A stretch of 37,711 nucleotides of DNA from Saprolegnia diclina VS20 (lineage: Eukaryota): the NCBI RefSeq assembly GCF_000281045.1, contig NW_008246180.1, forward strand, positions 18,238-55,948, read 5' to 3'. Under the pieces are notes generated by a model. The model searched no databases, was not told where the DNA came from, and was given only the letters and a program-made list of their open reading frames with translations. The position numbers and the translations under genes were made by a program. Shown one piece after another: positions 37,097-37,711 of this stretch (positions are counted from its first letter, which is position 1; each line of letters begins with the position of its first letter).

Positions 37097-37711
37097 CTAA
37101 GGCCAGTAGACGTTGCTGCAGTACACATCGTTGCTCGGGTATGCAACCGCGCAGATAGTGTAATCGAACAGTGCAAAATTTGTCCAAGTGCCTGCGTATT
37201 TGTACCATCTGTACGGGGCGTGGGAATACCCGCACCAGATCGCGCGGTCCGTCGTGAGTATGCAGAGAGTGAAGTTGGCGTAGGCAACGCTGGTAGCACT
37301 GGCGCCAAGTGCAGCGGAGTACCCCGATGGAGCCATCATGTACGGGTCGCGCAGCGCTCCGTCGTAGAAGGTGCTATTGCGAACGTACATGACACTCGTG
37401 TCTGGAGGAGGGAGCATAAAGACCGAGGCAACGGCACCGATTTGCCATGGCTTGCCAAAGGTGTCGTCGTTGGCAGGCGCCGAGTAGACGTTCTCCAACG
37501 TCCTGGCGCAAAGAATGCCACGCTGCGTATCAAACTGCTGGATGGTCTCGAGTGATGCCAGCGTCGTCACGTGCGCCGCTTTCGAGGTCAAGTTGTACGA
37601 GGTGATGGCGCGCCGAGACGAAGAGAGTGCGTAGATGACGCCGCTTCTGCAAACCACTTGCAGCGGAGCGTCCACGCCGATCGGCGTGCGTTTCCACTGA
37701 GAGACCGACTC
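37097..37711 (-). CDS. Tectonin-like beta-propeller protein, paralog of 32962-34103; 3' part only, runs off the right edge
   Basis: Open frame with LQVVCRSGVIYAL, CILTTDRAIWC, WYKYAGTWTNFALFDYTICAVAYPSNDVYC; intact at both positions where the first copy is disrupted. Confidence 0.85.
   Translation of the reverse strand, partial: ESVSQWKRTPIGVDAPLQVVCRSGVIYALSSSRRAITSYNLTSKAAHVTTLASLETIQQFDTQRGILCARTLENVYSAPANDDTFGKPWQIGAVASVFMLPPPDTSVMYVRNSTFYDGALRDPYMMAPSGYSAALGASATSVAYANFTLCILTTDRAIWCGYSHAPYRWYKYAGTWTNFALFDYTICAVAYPSNDVYCSNVYWP

Overview
Gene-dense eukaryotic DNA with short (~45-60 nt) GT-AG introns and oomycete-type INR/FPR core-promoter motifs, most consistent with an oomycete, probably Saprolegniales (inference). 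About 17 genes or gene remnants can be reconstructed. The left ~9.5 kb is bracketed by a 43-bp direct repeat and carries a ~1843-aa fusion gene (CCCH zinc fingers, DEAH-box RNA helicase, RRM/KH-like region, RBR ubiquitin ligase), a divergently transcribed CCCH-finger gene and a tectonin-like fragment. The middle holds ordinary genes: RIIAD1-like, ALG5, DHHC palmitoyltransferase, ankyrin/PDZ protein, EF-hand protein, TMEM229-like, alpha/beta hydrolase, BART-domain protein, RFWD3-like, RCC1-repeat protein and PNKD-like glyoxalase II. It also holds a tandem pair of Cys-rich secreted proteins, one frameshifted. The right end is a local duplication: a disrupted mucin-repeat/tectonin-like gene, a near-identical fragment of glyoxalase II exon 1, and a second, apparently intact tectonin-like paralog. 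No rRNA, tRNA, CRISPR array or recognisable transposase was seen. Exon structures were read by eye and are not confirmed by transcripts.
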